The notes under the pieces: generated by a model | Told to the model about the DNA's origin: nothing | What the model saw: the letters and a program-made list of their open reading frames with translations, nothing else | Database searches by the model: none | Made by a program: the position numbers and the translations under genes | In this document: positions 27,461-40,909 of the stretch, piece after piece | Position numbering within the stretch: position 1 is the first letter of the stretch | Layout: each line of letters opens with the position of its first letter | NCBI RefSeq assembly: GCF_018350175.1 | Contig: NC_058368.1 | Coordinates: 45,758,001-45,822,000 of the forward strand | Source of the DNA: Felis catus | Lineage: Eukaryota | DNA: 64,000 bases | Direction: 5' to 3'

Positions 27461-30400
27461 GAAAAAGTCAAAGATTCTTAATTTTTAACTAAGAAACAAA
27501 ATAGTCAAACACTTGGTTCTATCTCCCACTTGCTGTATTTAAATTACCCATTGAAAGAAATCCCAAGATATCCCAGAACTGTTTAATCATACCCACCACA
27601 CAATTTCTACATCTTCCCAAACTTTGTATTTAACATAAGGCTCAAGCAACTTAAAGTTTCCTTTCTTCTGGGTCAGCAACATTATCTCACTTACTTTTAG
27701 GTCTAGAAGTCTACCCTTCTGGATGCTAATAACATATAAGAGATCAAGCAAGATTCATTCAAACTTAGAGAAAACACTTGACTTTTTTGTACCTCCCCCC
27801 GCCCTTACCAGAAGCTCTAGGAAGGGGGTATAGAACAGGTGCTGGGAGTAACGAATGACACTGTGTGTCAAAGTGATACCTGCAGCCACCGCAGGTTTCC
27901 ACAGTCACAGCCATGGAGGGGGTAACATGAATTCCTTAATAGGTCTCAAATATTCAAATATCAGCAATAAAATTTGTTGATCAAATGCCAACTACATATT
28001 TGGGGATTTGTTATGAAAGCTGTTAATTGGTATATGATCAGACATAAATTGCTTTTAAAATAATCTGACATTTCTGTCCTAAATCATCATGTCACATTCA
28101 GCTCTATCATGGTAGTTTATAAGAGGAGAACATAAACATGACACAATTTGTCAATAAAATCTAGTACAGTAGAGTACCATATGACATGCCATAAGACTGG
28201 AGAATGAAATCAACAGCCTCAGATTTGAGGCCGATGGCCAACTGCCATAAGAAATTTTCTGTGACAACAGCTAAAATATTCTTAAAGCCCACTTAAATAC
28301 AAGCATATTTTACTAAGTATTCCTTCAGTGGAATAATTAGAATGCTTTTCCCCTCTCCCCAAACTAAGGAAATTTAATCCAATGTATATTACTAAAAATA
28401 TGATGACATTAAGAATAAGGTGTCTACAGAAACAAAATGTTTTCTCCCAGATACCTGACGGAAAAATACATATTTCTCAAGGACATCTTGATTTTATCGA
28501 ATTGCATAGCCATATTCATGGGGATGAAGGAAGCCAAATTATCACATCGAGTTATGGAAAGAATTATTTCAATCATTTTATAGTAGAATGCAAAATGCTG
28601 TGTGTTTTATGTATTCATTTTAATGGCTTTAATGGATATATTTTTCTTCCTTTCTCTTTCTGGCTTAGATGAAGAGCTAACCCCAAATGGAATAAAGAAC
28701 ACTAGATCATGAATGCACCAGATGTCTGATGCAATATGTAAAACCTGTCACAGGAAGTAAGAGAAAAGTTATTTTTAAAAGAATATTTGAGTATATAACT
28801 CCTATTCATCTTTTTTTTCAGACTATACACAGACTTTTATATAAATTATAAAGGGTGGTTCCATAGATGAAAGCTGTTTGTAATTTGTAGAGACCATTTT
28901 CTTGTCAACTTGGTAGTCTTGCTCATAGCCGTTTCATTATTAGGCAAACCAATTAAGTGTGCTCAGAGTAAGCTACATATGCTAAGTACACAATTTGTAT
29001 AAAATTCTAATCTGTTCATTACCTTTATACCAGTGATTTTTCCCCCTGACTTGAAGTAGTAGGTTCATTTTTTTTAATAAGAATTTTGTGTTAAAAATGG
29101 CATGTTGAAATGCCTGACATGAGAATTCTCAAACTGTCTTAACTAGATTTTGGCATTTAATAAGCTGTAAACTGCTGAAGCTATTTGCAGATGAAGTCTC
29201 ATTTTTGTCCATCAGCAGGGGGCTGGAAGCATAATTAATTGAGTGAAAGTTAAAAGACGGACAGCACGGTTACATTTATGCAAATATTGCAGCAGAACAT
29301 CTAACGGAAGAGGAAAATAGCTTACAACCAATTGGTTTGGTTTTGGACCAAAATCCACAGGGTCCATTTAAACATTGCAGACTGTGCATCTGACAATTAA
29401 GACCTAGTGTTTTTTAATACTAGTTGTGATGGTAAGAATAGTAGGCAAAAAGTCAAAGTCCAGAGAGACGATTCTATTTCTGCGCTCATCTTTTTTACCT
29501 CTCATGAATGTTAAAATATCCTTGCAAAAAATCAAAAATCAAATGATGCATGTGTGTGCAACCATATGCCAGGCTCTGCTGTTTGTTTCTTTTATTCATA
29601 TCCCAGGCATATGTACCCTTGCACACCAAAGGTTCCATTTAATTAAAGTTAGTTAAAAGCTTAGACCACAGAGATCAGGACAGCTGCTTGAGATATTAAC
29701 CTGGGTGCCGTCCGGGGACAGCGTCAAGCCTTTGCTGGTGCTCTGTCTCCTATTACATATTTTGGTGGGGTTTTTCCCAGTAGCTGTTTGCCTCAGAAGA
29801 CCACTGACTTTTCCTTAAATGGTTGGGAAACATTAGCTTCCCCAAAGATCACAGGAAATTTCAAATTGAAATTTTGCATATTCCTCATCTGTATGTTCTT
29901 CCTCGTGACTGTAAGGATGTGCATGACTACCTTAGTGATTGATTTTTGACTAGTCCCTTTGTGTGTGCTTTTGATTTGTTGGCTATTCAGCAAAATACTG
30001 CTTCCCATGGAGAAATTTTTTAAGTACTCTTGTTTTTTTCCCCTCTCCTACTTCTGTACTTAGAATTAAAACCTAACCTAGACCTGCCCTATTTTTTTTT
30101 AATGCCACAGAAGAGAGATTTGTTAGTAAAACAAAACAGGGTTCTGTGTATGTGTCACAATTCTATAGGTCTCTCTCTTTGGAGAGCTGTAAAAACACAA
30201 CTTTTAGAAACTTTGGAAATATCCTTAATGTCAGTTAGAAATATTATTAGGCCTATTTGATGTTTTAGGAAATAAAGTTTAATCCTAAAAATAGGATATT
30301 TGGGGTGCCTGCAGGGAGAGATTTTAAAAACAAATCAAGACAAAATGTCCATGGCATGTTCTCAGTGAACGAGTAGAATATATTTTTAAGGAATGTAAAC

Positions 30401-31021
30401 TCAAAGGTTTGTAAATGTTAAAATAAGGGAGTGTAAAAAACCAACTTCCAGTAAACGAATCCACATAGAGACCTTCCAGACTCCATTGAACTTCCCATAT
30501 ATTTCATGAAATTTTATTCTGTTTTCTTCAACTCTAGATGTTAAGCCCATGTTGAAAGTACTGTTTGTATATGGTCACTTTTGTAAACTTTTTTAATCTG
30601 CAAACTTCAAATGTAGAATATGATGACAGATTTCTAATGTCAAACACTTTGTATCTCTAAATTACATGTCCCTTTATAAGTATATAGCTGTTGTATACAT
30701 TGTTTACAGTCCAAACACAGATTTATATTCTAAAGAGTGATACTGAAGTTTTTGATCAATACTTCCTTTCAGATATTAATAAAGTTTGTAAAATTTTAGT
30801 TTGAACACACTGAATAAAACAGATCCTAATTATGTAATACACTTATACACAGACTAGATCCAATCCTGAGAAGTTTTGTTTGCTTTAAGTGGAGAATCAA
30901 GGAAATGGTTCTAAAATTAACCCTTTTAAAGAGAAATATTTGTCCAAACAAAAAGAATTTTTCATTATCCTAGTCATTATCATGCCTATATACTTAGAAA
31001 AAAAAAAGTGAGATTGTGTTA

Positions 31022-31260
31022 GGGGCGCCTGGGTGGCTCAGTTGGTTAAGCGTCTGACTTCGACTCAGGTCATGATCTTACAGTTCATGAGTTTGAGCCC
31101 TGTATCAGGTTCTGTGTTGACATCTCAGACCCTAGAGCCCTCTTCAGATTCTGTGTCTCTCTCCCTACCCTCTCCCCGCATGTGCTCGCTCGCATGCTCA
31201 CAAAAACAGTAAAAAAAAAAAAAAAAAAAAGGTAGAAAATCTAAATAAAAAATTCTTAAA
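31022..31260 (+). mobile_element. Can-SINE with long bipartite A tail
   Basis: Head ggggcgcctgggtggctcagttggttaagcg. TSD-like aaaagtgagattgtgtta / aaaagagattctgtta. Confidence 0.95.
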
Positions 31261-32699
31261 AAAAAAAGAGATTCTGTTAAAGTGAAGCACAAAATTTTTA
31301 TGTGTGGTGGTGGTATTTTAGGCTTTCAATAATAACTTTTATACTGGTAAATTATAATAGCTTTAGATGTATTGAGAAACGCCTGACATTATCATTCTAA
31401 AATTTAAGTTGTCTAATAACTTAGTAGATCTCTTTTCACGTAACACAGTTTAGTGTTTTATAATGCGAATGTTTCATTCTATAAAGGAAGGGTAGAAGTT
31501 GCCTTTGTTGAACTAGAAACTCTTTGGCTAAGAAACAAAAAACACAGTTGCCAACAAAGAAATTTTCTGCTTCACCTAGGGGTATTAGGAAGGAACTTTT
31601 TTGTTACTGCCTTTTTTATCTTTATTTCTATATACTCTAGCTACTAGAGAATTTTTTCCAGGATATAAAAGATAAGATAGCAAATGGGAATTAAGTTAAA
31701 TGCATTCAGAAAACATTTCTCTTAAGAAAGCAACTATTTGAAAAGAAAAAATTATGTGCCAGCTAGTTCAAATGAATTCACAAACTATTTTATGCTTAAG
31801 AGTCATGCCCCTTGTTTCTTGTTTTCAAGGATTTCAAAGAGATAAATTTAAAAACATGTATAATTTTAGAGTCTTAGTAGTAATTAGTCAGCATATATGT
31901 TACCCTTAATGATTAATAAATAGAAAAGTTTCTAGCCTAAGGACAAGGAAAGAAAAAAGAATCAACCAACATCTGTCTTTTAGTATATATCCCTCTGGGA
32001 TAAGTACCAGTTAAAACTACTAAAAAAGAACGGCAATAAAATTTCTGCTGGTTGTGAGTTAGTCAAGCTTGTAAGCCCTCTTTTCTTGGAAACCTCATGA
32101 AAAAAGGAACATGATAAACACAAAACCACTTCTAACAAAGTTGTTTGCCAAATTTACTCTATCAAGGTAGAGTATGAAATGTTACAGACAGCATGTTGTG
32201 ATAGGATTAAATATTACACTTATGGGAACAATTAGATTTCTGTATTTACTTTATTGAAGCTAGAGTGTTTCCAGAAGTAAATCTGAGAAGAACCAAGTGC
32301 TGAGATTTTTCATTGCTTTTTCTATTATTTGGCCATCTCGAATTATACAAAATGGACATGAATAGGCAATGGATTATAACACATAAGCCTAAAAATGTGT
32401 GTGAATGGGTTATAGAAGTCTCCAAATTTGCTTCACAAGATGAAGGGGGTATAAGCCTAGAAATTCATTTTATCGATTTATGATATCTTGACAAAAATGG
32501 TCTATCATGTCTTGATAAAAATTGTCAAATCCTTTTTATTCAAAACTGAGTCAATGGCTATAAAAATAACATTCTTCCCTTCTGGTAGAAACACATATAA
32601 TGAATGAGAGAAGAGCAAACATGTTTGCGTGTTGGTCAGTTTCTTTTCTTATAGGAGAAATATAAGCCTCAGAAATAAGAGCTTTCACGTACTTAACAT

Positions 32700-32860
32700 A
32701 CCAAACAGTGTATCAAGTATATTATAATCATCGTCTGATTCATTTAACTTTACAAAGGAAAAAAAAACAAAAAAGGTAAAATAGTGAGGTTTAAGTATAA
32801 GGAAGAGGCAGGATTTGAACTCAGATGTGTTGGATCTCAAAGTTCAAGCTCTTAAATACA
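32700..32860 (-). mobile_element. MIR remnant
   Basis: gtgaggtttaagta...gaggcaggatttgaactcagatgtgttggatctcaaagttcaagctcttaa. Confidence 0.55.
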
Positions 32861-33825
32861 ATAAGAGCTACCAATGGCATGTCCCTAGTGGGGAATCAGT
32901 CATTTCGCTCGCGTAGGCAATTACCTATGCTTCAGAAGTTTGTAAACATTGTCTTATTTCTTCTTCCTGATTGAATAAAAGTTATGTAGTGAGAAGATCA
33001 GTCATTAAAGTTTTGTTTGAATTCTGGGCATGACACTTATTAGTTGAATGAGAGGGAGTGAATGACCAATTATTGCTTTTCATAGAGGTTATGACATTAT
33101 AGGAAAATTGAAGTGCCTAACTATGGTCTAGATTCTCTTGATAGGTTTTACTTGTCTCGGGGCTTGATGACAGTGAGGCAGGCAGATAGAAATACAAGAC
33201 CTATGCCTTCACTGACCTTATAGTCTAGAGAAAGAAAGCAAAAAGTGATATTCGAAATCCAAGCAGCCCAAGAGACAGGAACCTAAATTCAGAGTTGTAG
33301 ACTCTCCAGTCAAAAGAACATATCCTAGAAAGAATAGGTCCCAGCTCTGGTGGAAACATTCTTAGTTATGCCAATATGCTACTCATGCTTTCAAGGAACT
33401 GGCAGAAGACAGGAAGAATTCATGATGCAGAAATACTGGAGTTTGAGACTAGAAAGTAAACCAGAAATCATGGAGTCAGCTTACAGGGTAACACAAACAC
33501 CAAAGGCAGGATGGGTAGTGAAAGTAAAAATGTGCAGACATGGCAGAAAGAAAATGAGCTTATGCTAGGTACTATTAGTGAAATACTGATGATTTTCTAG
33601 TTGATGATTTAAGGTTAAATACCGTCTCCAAGCAACTTGATGTTTTTTCCTTCAACTAGAAAATTTTAACTATGAATGTCTAGAGCTAATAAGTGATACA
33701 AAGGAAATGGGTGCAAAAAAAGGGGAGGATCGTTTGACACGTGGTATATCTTGATCCATGCTTTAGTTAACATTTTTTCATGATAGGAAAAAATGTATCT
33801 GGATTATTGGTAAAATATAAGTGGA

Positions 33826-34031
33826 GGGGTACCTGGGTGGCTCAGTTGGTTAAGCATCTGACTCTCGGTTTCAGTTCATGTCATTACCTCACGGGTTCGT
33901 GGGTTCAAGCTCCTGTGTTGGGCTCTGTGCTGACAGTTTAAACAGACATTTGGAGTATGCTTGGGATTCTCTCCATCCCCCCTTTCTGCTCCTCCCCTGC
34001 TTATGCTCACTCTCAAAAATAAATTTTTTTC
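33826..34031 (+). mobile_element. Can-SINE
   Basis: Head ggggtacctgggtggctcagttggttaagc. TSD aaaatataagtgga / aaaatttaagtgga. Confidence 0.95.
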
Positions 34032-34994
34032 AAAATTTAAGTGGAAAGATCATGAACAATAGTAATAGCCTATGATCATAATCCTGAATCAAAATCCTGA
34101 TGTTGAAAACTATGGATTATTATAATTCTACTGTAAGGTGTTAGGAAATTTACTACTGAAAAAATTAAGTGAATTAGAATCGTTCAGGATAGATATGAAC
34201 TACACTCATCTCATTGTTGTCATGCCTTAAGAAGTTAAATCCAGAAAGAACAAGTTATTTTCCATAATGATTGTTTCAGGTTTGAAGTTCTTGTATATGT
34301 ATATTGGTTACTCTTGGAACTTTTTTGAAAACAAAAATGCAAGTTGGGACTTCATGGCATTGGAACTCAGTCAACATTTGTTTTACTTAGACAAAAGATA
34401 GATGGTTTCTAGTCTGTAAGAAGTTCTTCAATTTTCATTCTCCTTCATTTCTAGCCTTATGCCTTAAGAAAACCAGTCTCTAGAAGTCCCCTTTTCAAAC
34501 TATCTCCCCATAAAGAAACTGTTCAATTGTGATACGCTAACAGGAGACTGACATCAGGGTAGCAAGGGAGTTGAATGTATTATCACGTGTTCCTATATTG
34601 GCATTTCTGGAAAGAATCTTGAATGAAAAAGCAGAGACCCATGAATAGCCTAGGAAGTTCTGGGACTCAAACCCATCTTTTATTTGCAAAGCAGTATCCT
34701 GGGATCCTGAGCAGAACAAAATGAAGCAACATCTTCAGCTTACCTCTGAGGAAGTCCAAGCAATTCTGAGAGAATATCTAGCAAAGGAAAGGGAAAATAT
34801 ACAGTAGAAAAAGACAACACACACGTATTTCTAATTGGATCAAGATAATAGAATTGAGACGTATAAGGTTGTAGTGTGTATATGTTAACCCATGCATATA
34901 TGTATACATACACACAATGTTATGTCAAAGATTAAACATGCTTTTTGCAAAGGGTCTTTCAGTTTTAACAAATGCTCACTTAATTGGCTTTCGC

Positions 34995-35059
34995 TAACTA
35001 CATTATCAAGAACGTATAGTAGCTACATACGTCTTGATAACTACATTATCAAGAACGTA
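34995..35059. repeat. 22-bp direct repeat with an intervening inverted copy (imperfect palindrome)
   Basis: taactacattatcaagaacgta at 34995-35016 and 35038-35059. 35023-35040 is the reverse complement of 35003-35022 with two 1-nt indels. Confidence 0.9.
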
Positions 35060-35899
35060 GAGAGCTCCTACACCAGCTCTTCATAGATGACGTACTGTCA
35101 TTTCAGATCTACCTCCGTTAGGCATGAAGTTAAATGTGGTAGAATGATTCAAACTCCAGTGTTTAATACTTACTCTAACTGAATAAGATTAGCTTTCTAG
35201 ACTTATCCTTTCTATATAGACTAAACACGTCCTAAATTGCTAAGTAATTCATTAGAATTTAACAGCTTTAATGAAGTAAAAGCAAATGCTTCATTCTAGT
35301 TTCTATGATTAGAGTGCTTTGCTTTCGGACAAAATAGAAAATTACACTCAGTCCATTTATAGACAACCAATCTACTGCTGCTTGTGGAAAAGCAATAAAA
35401 CATTCAACATGAAAAGAGCCACACATCTGGTGTGAGGCTCTAATGCCTAAGTGAGCAAGCAAGAAATTATTATAAAAAAGAAATCTATTGTGTATTTATG
35501 GTAAGCACAGTGTATCAAAGGCCACTGGTGTAAAAAGCTGAACAGGTATATGATTAAGAGGACTTTGCATTCACTAGAAGACTGTTTGTTTAGAAATCCC
35601 TCACCTACTTTCTACAACTTCTGTTGAATAATCTGGAGACCAACTAATAATTCCATGATACTTTAATACTAGTTTCAATTTTCTAATTGGCTTATCTAGC
35701 TTAAATGCTTTCCATGGGTTTACAGAAGAAGGATATTGTTCAGATCCCAAAAGGTGCTGAAATGGGAAGATTCTCCCCCTCATAGCACCTGCTGATGCTC
35801 CCCAAAGATTTAATGATAGAAGGGTAAAGGGATAGATTATTATAATTTATATAACCATTTGTTATTACATCTTCTGACAGAACTCCTGATTAATAAACA

Positions 35900-36090
35900 T
35901 GTTAATAGCTAATATTGACTGAAAGCTGCTAGGTAGCTGACCTGACCCTGCCCTATATACTTTATATAGGTTATATAATCTTCATAATTTGAGGATGCTT
36001 TTTCAGTCTCATTTTGTACACAGAGAAACTGAAACTGAATTCTATCCAGTTTCCAAAGTTATTCAGGTTATAAAAAGCAGACCAAACTCT
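35900..36090 (-). mobile_element. MIR remnant
   Basis: ctcattttgtacacagagaaactgaaactga is a reverse-orientation MIR core. Confidence 0.55.
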
Positions 36091-36228
36091 TATCTATGGC
36101 ACTAATACTTGTTAAGTATATTGATACCCTGTAGTTTTATGTTTACTTTTCTATAGGAGGCATGAAATGGTGGGCTTAGAAACTGTTCTGAAGTACAAAC
36201 ATCAAAGAGAAGCATCTAAGTAGTGTAG

Positions 36229-36400
36229 AGCAGTGATGTCCCATTACATGCATCAAGCTTTATTGACAATTTTGGCACTGCCTGATAACGCTAGCCACTA
36301 GCGACATGTAGCTATTGAGAATTTAAATCCTCGTTATGAAATACACATGAAAATTTAAGTAAAAACTATCTGAATAATGATATTACTTACATGGTATACT
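36229..36400. mobile_element. hAT-Charlie DNA transposon remnant (MER3/MER33-like)
   Basis: gcactgcctgataacgctagccactagcgacatgtagctattgagaatttaaat resembles gcactgtccaatatggtagccactagccacatgtggctattgagcacttgaaat. Confidence 0.65.
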
Positions 36401-38149
36401 TGGTACACAAGCTCACATAGGAAGTTTATGATGCCACCTTTGAACTGAAATAGTAACTTTAGAAGAGATTTTAAAAGCTTACAAGTATTATCCCTACTCT
36501 TTGGCTATGCTACATTTAGGCTGTCTAAAAAAGAAATTAAGAAGTATTTGCTTCCTTCTGTATACTTTAGTAGGTTATTATTGGCTAACAAAAGGAATCC
36601 TTTCATGTGTAGTATCATGCAACTCCATCCTTTCCACATTCTATGTGGAAATAACTCATGCATGTGTCATACATATCCTATTACAGTAGAAAATAATAAA
36701 GTTATCATCTTCTGCCTTCCTTTTCCCATGACAAATAACACAAGTTATTGTGCTCTACTTAGAAGCTTACTTGTAGTCTTCCTGTTTGGTAGATTTGGTA
36801 GTTCTATTTTATTTAGTTTCTAGAATTCAAATTAGGACATATATCAGAAAAGAAATGGTTAATACAGTTTATCTGTGCAGTTTTATTATTGGATTAGGTA
36901 GAAATATTAATGTTTTGAGGAACAATAGTAAGCAAGAGGTAATATCCAATGGCAATGTTTAATCTATCCCTTAGTGAACATGCCTTATGGTGAAAAGAAA
37001 ATATAGATTTTTCCAAACTCTTTCCTTTGTTACGTAACTTAGACACAGGCTGCTAGACCAACAATGTTCCTCATAAGCATAACAATTGTGACCATGAATA
37101 AATAACGAGATTTAAAATCAAAATACAACACCTCTTCTTCCCCTTCCTATGAACAAAAGGTGAGGTCCTAAAAATCATAGCTGCAGAGGTCAAGCGAGAT
37201 TAAAAAAGAACAAATCTAGAAACAAAGCAAAGTCACCAAAAGCAAAGCATTTGAAAAGTATTAAATACATACTAGCTCAAATTAGGTATTCTGATAAAAA
37301 TAAGAGAAAAGTTATGAAAAAATCAAAGAAGTTAAAAAACAAAACTATAAATACCTATAAGCTTGACTCTCAGTATAATTATAAGGGCATACAAAAATCT
37401 ACATAAACATTTCGTGAGCAATTTAAAACACACAAGAGAAAAAAGGAGTTATACTTTGTTGATACTTAGATCTTCCAAATTCCAACAGAGCAAACTGCCA
37501 ACAAGACACAGGTGCATAAAAGATGAACAGGTGAAAGAAATAAAATGTTATTGTGAAGAAAATATTATCTTTGTCCATTATGTATTTACCTTAGGACACA
37601 TTAGCACATCTGTTATATATTTACTAGAGATACTGGTTCATATGAACAACTCTTAAGTTACAATTCCAACTCTACCTTCTTTCTTCCTCAGACCTGTGTA
37701 TTGCACTGAGGTATAATGTTTGAGTTAGGAATAAATGCATTATAAAGAACTTCACTGGGAATTTCACTAGGAGTCTGATTCAATTAAGAGGCTAAGTTGA
37801 ACATTTAGAATAGACAACATTATTATGGGTTTTTGAAATAACGTTGTTGTGTTATTTTGGGGTTTGAATCTACCCACTAGTCACTCCTCTTGATAGCTCC
37901 TTTAAAGGAATTTTAATCGACCCTAAGGAAGAGTGCTACAAGAACACACTGAACTCAGAGAGACTGGGTACAAAGCAAGCCCTGAAAGGAATTAGCAAGG
38001 AGATGAAACTTAAAAGAAGTAAAATCTTTTACTGTTTTAAAAACTCTTTCAGTTCTTACCCTCCAGTACCTATCAACTTCATTTTGTAGGAAAAAATACA
38101 CACAATGGCAAAATTAATGAAAATTTACATTATTTATGTAGTACAATCG

Positions 38150-38292
38150 AAAAGAAGCAGGCCTTGGAATCTAAATGTAAAGACGTACCAGATCTGTCAC
38201 TTTTGGACTCCTTGACCTTGAGAAAATCCTTTAAGTTTCTCCATTTGAAGCTCTGAATTAGGTGATTTCTAAGAACCACTCTAGCTTTAACT
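38150..38292 (+). mobile_element. MIR3-like remnant
   Basis: tgaccttgagaaaatcctttaagtttctc...attaggtgatttctaagaaccactctagctttaac. Confidence 0.55.
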
Positions 38293-39066
38293 ATATGTAT
38301 GTGAGTATATATACATGTAGGCATGAACTCCTACAGGATATATAAACCCTAAAATTTAAATATGTATATAAAAATACATATTTATAGTAAGTAGATATTT
38401 AGGTCTATATTAACCAAATTTTATACAAGAAAAATAAGTTTTAAACATTATCTCACTTGAAATCATGATTTCACATACATGAGTCAGATTTCTGCACAAC
38501 ACATACACAGATCTTTTAAAAAAATCATTCTACCATTTGAACTTCATTTCAATTTCTAAGTCATAAACTTTCTACATTTTCTGCATTCTTCTAGAACACA
38601 ATTTTTATGGCCATTTATTCCATCATACGGATTTAACCAACACTGGCATCACACTAATTTAGCCAATTCCCAGTTGATCATCTTCCAATGGATAGGTAGG
38701 ATTTTTTTTTTTCACACTTCACTACTTAGTTTGGTTTTACTTTTTCTCTAACCACATGGTTCAAGATAATCCTGAACTCAGTCACATTCTAAGCTCCTAG
38801 GTCATCTGAATGTATTCCATAGTTTTTAAACCAGACCAAGAAATTTTCTCCTATAAAACATCAAATTAGTAATTATAATAATCACAACAACTTCCTGACT
38901 TTGACACTGGCTACAGTTACTTGGTTGATGCTTGCATATCTGACCTAACACAGGACAATAAGCCCTATACTGGGTATGTAGGTTCTGGACTAAGAAAGGA
39001 CTAGGTGAGTACCACAGAAAAAGATCTCTGAAGCTGAGAGATGCAAAACTCCCAGGCTGTGGCAGC

Positions 39067-39118
<52 letters not shown>

Positions 39119-39126
39119 CGCGCACG
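39067..39126. repeat. (TG)20(CG)6 compound microsatellite, uninterrupted alternating purine-pyrimidine tract
   Basis: cacg(tg)20(cg)6cacg read directly. Confidence 0.97.
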
Positions 39127-39362
39127 AGCGGGCACAGTTTGCAGGTGCCGAGAGAGATGGAGGGAATGAACCTAGACTTTTGGTAATACCCAAGGGCCTT
39201 GTTTTAGGTTTTATTGACCCTTAGCTGTATTTCTGGTGTTGATTGTGAAATATCCTTGTGCTTTTATTCCAGCTGGAATGGAAATGGGGGGAAGGGGAGG
39301 AGTCAGAGAAGGATTTGTGTATAAGACATTTACATGTAAAAATGTGTTTATGTTAAAAAATC

Positions 39363-39405
39363 ATGTATGTGTGTATATATATACATATATATATGTATAT
39401 GTATA

Positions 39406-39449
<44 letters not shown>
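39363..39449. repeat. Compound (TA)n/(TG)n microsatellite
   Basis: Read directly. Explains the VYIYTYIY run in ORF 39236..39661. Confidence 0.92.
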
Positions 39450-39452
<3 letters not shown>

Positions 39453-40909
39453 CCAGATGTACAATTTTGGTCCAGATAAAAATGAGTAATGCTCAGGAGA
39501 AGAGGGTGAATTTAAAGCCAAACTTTAAAATACCATATACAATTAATTTTGTAAACAGACTTTATAAGTGTATTAATACCAAGGGGCAGAAACAATTCAA
39601 AATAATCTTTGAAAGTACCAAATTATCGTCTACATCATTATTTCAGAAGTCGTCCCTCTAAGAAACTGATGGAAAATTCTCCAATCAGTAGGTAATTCCC
39701 TACTGATAGATTTCTGAACTATAACCACTTCCAGTAATTTGTTGCCAAAGACAAACACATGGGATTCTACTTTTTGAAGGAAAGGTCTAGAGAAGGTAGA
39801 AATACTTTTTTTTTTTTTTACATATGAATTTCAGAAACTTGATTTTGGGGGGAAAAGAAGACAGTGATATGCAGTAGCTGCATATAGTATTAACTGAAAC
39901 CAACATTGCAAATCTGTATTTTGAAATTACTTAAGTACCAAGGAAAACATCACTATTGTTCTAGCAGGATAGGCTATTTTCCACAAACAGACTGATAGAA
40001 GAGGAAATCAATTTTGACATCACATTAAAATAGCTTGTGGAAGCATAGTTTTGCAGCATGTTCAACAAAAGACATTTCAAGAAAACAAACTAGAGGCTAT
40101 ATATTTGCGTATGTTTTACTGCATTTCTCTTAATACAAGAAGGGTGTGATTTCTGTAACTTTAGAATAAGTCTCTGTAACCATTGCCATATACCCCGGTT
40201 CTGTTTTTTCAATTATTAGATACAGACTTGAACAGAGCACATTGTTTCATAGATGCAGTGTTCCAACGAGATTTCTGATTTTAATAAAAAAAAAAAAATC
40301 AGTTTCAGAAGAAGGTCCATGAATTTAATGAATATAGTAAATTAGATCTCCTAGAAAGTCTACCTTTCCTGGGCAGTCGCCCAGGGGCCAGCCCCACATC
40401 TATATTATCGGACTTTGCATTGATGCACATAGTTGAGTGAATACACTTGAGTAGACATACGGCCCAGAATAAAATAATTAGATGTATTCAAAATACCACG
40501 TTGCAAGGAAAAACACTGAAATTGATTCTCCTAAGAAGCGCGTAGACTTAACTCAGTTTTGTTTTTTGTTGTTTTTTTTTTAATTTTTCGACTGGGATCA
40601 CAATAATATAGGACAGAATTAGTAAACACAAATATATATTAAAAATATTAAGAAAAAAAGTCTTACAAAATCATTAGCCTAAGTATTATAAAATATAATA
40701 CAAAATAGGAAAATCTAAGTACTGATGATGGCCTACTAAGTGGAACCCAGGAGTCACTAATGGGACAGGACCCACAACATTACTCTGAAGAAGGACACAT
40801 GCATTCCTGTTGCTGAAACTCTGCTCAGCCCTGGCTGCTTCACCTCGCAAATCTGTTGCTCAAAGCTTCCTGCAACCGTAAAATATTCCCATATATTTCT
40901 AACAAGTTT

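Noticed and set aside
30302..30311. ggggtgcctg, resembling an isolated SINE head
   Set aside because: Only 10 bp, with no body or convincing TSD; expected by chance.
34995..35059. Direct repeats with a spacer, as a possible CRISPR-like array
   Set aside because: Only two copies, the spacer is an inverted copy of the repeat, the context is eukaryotic, and there are no cas genes.
38826..39661. ORFs of 99, 67 and 141 aa with HTHT/VYIY runs
   Set aside because: Held open by dinucleotide microsatellites.
39684..39707. 9-bp stem hairpin atcagtagg/cctactgat
   Set aside because: Too short for a pre-miRNA and expected by chance at this scale.
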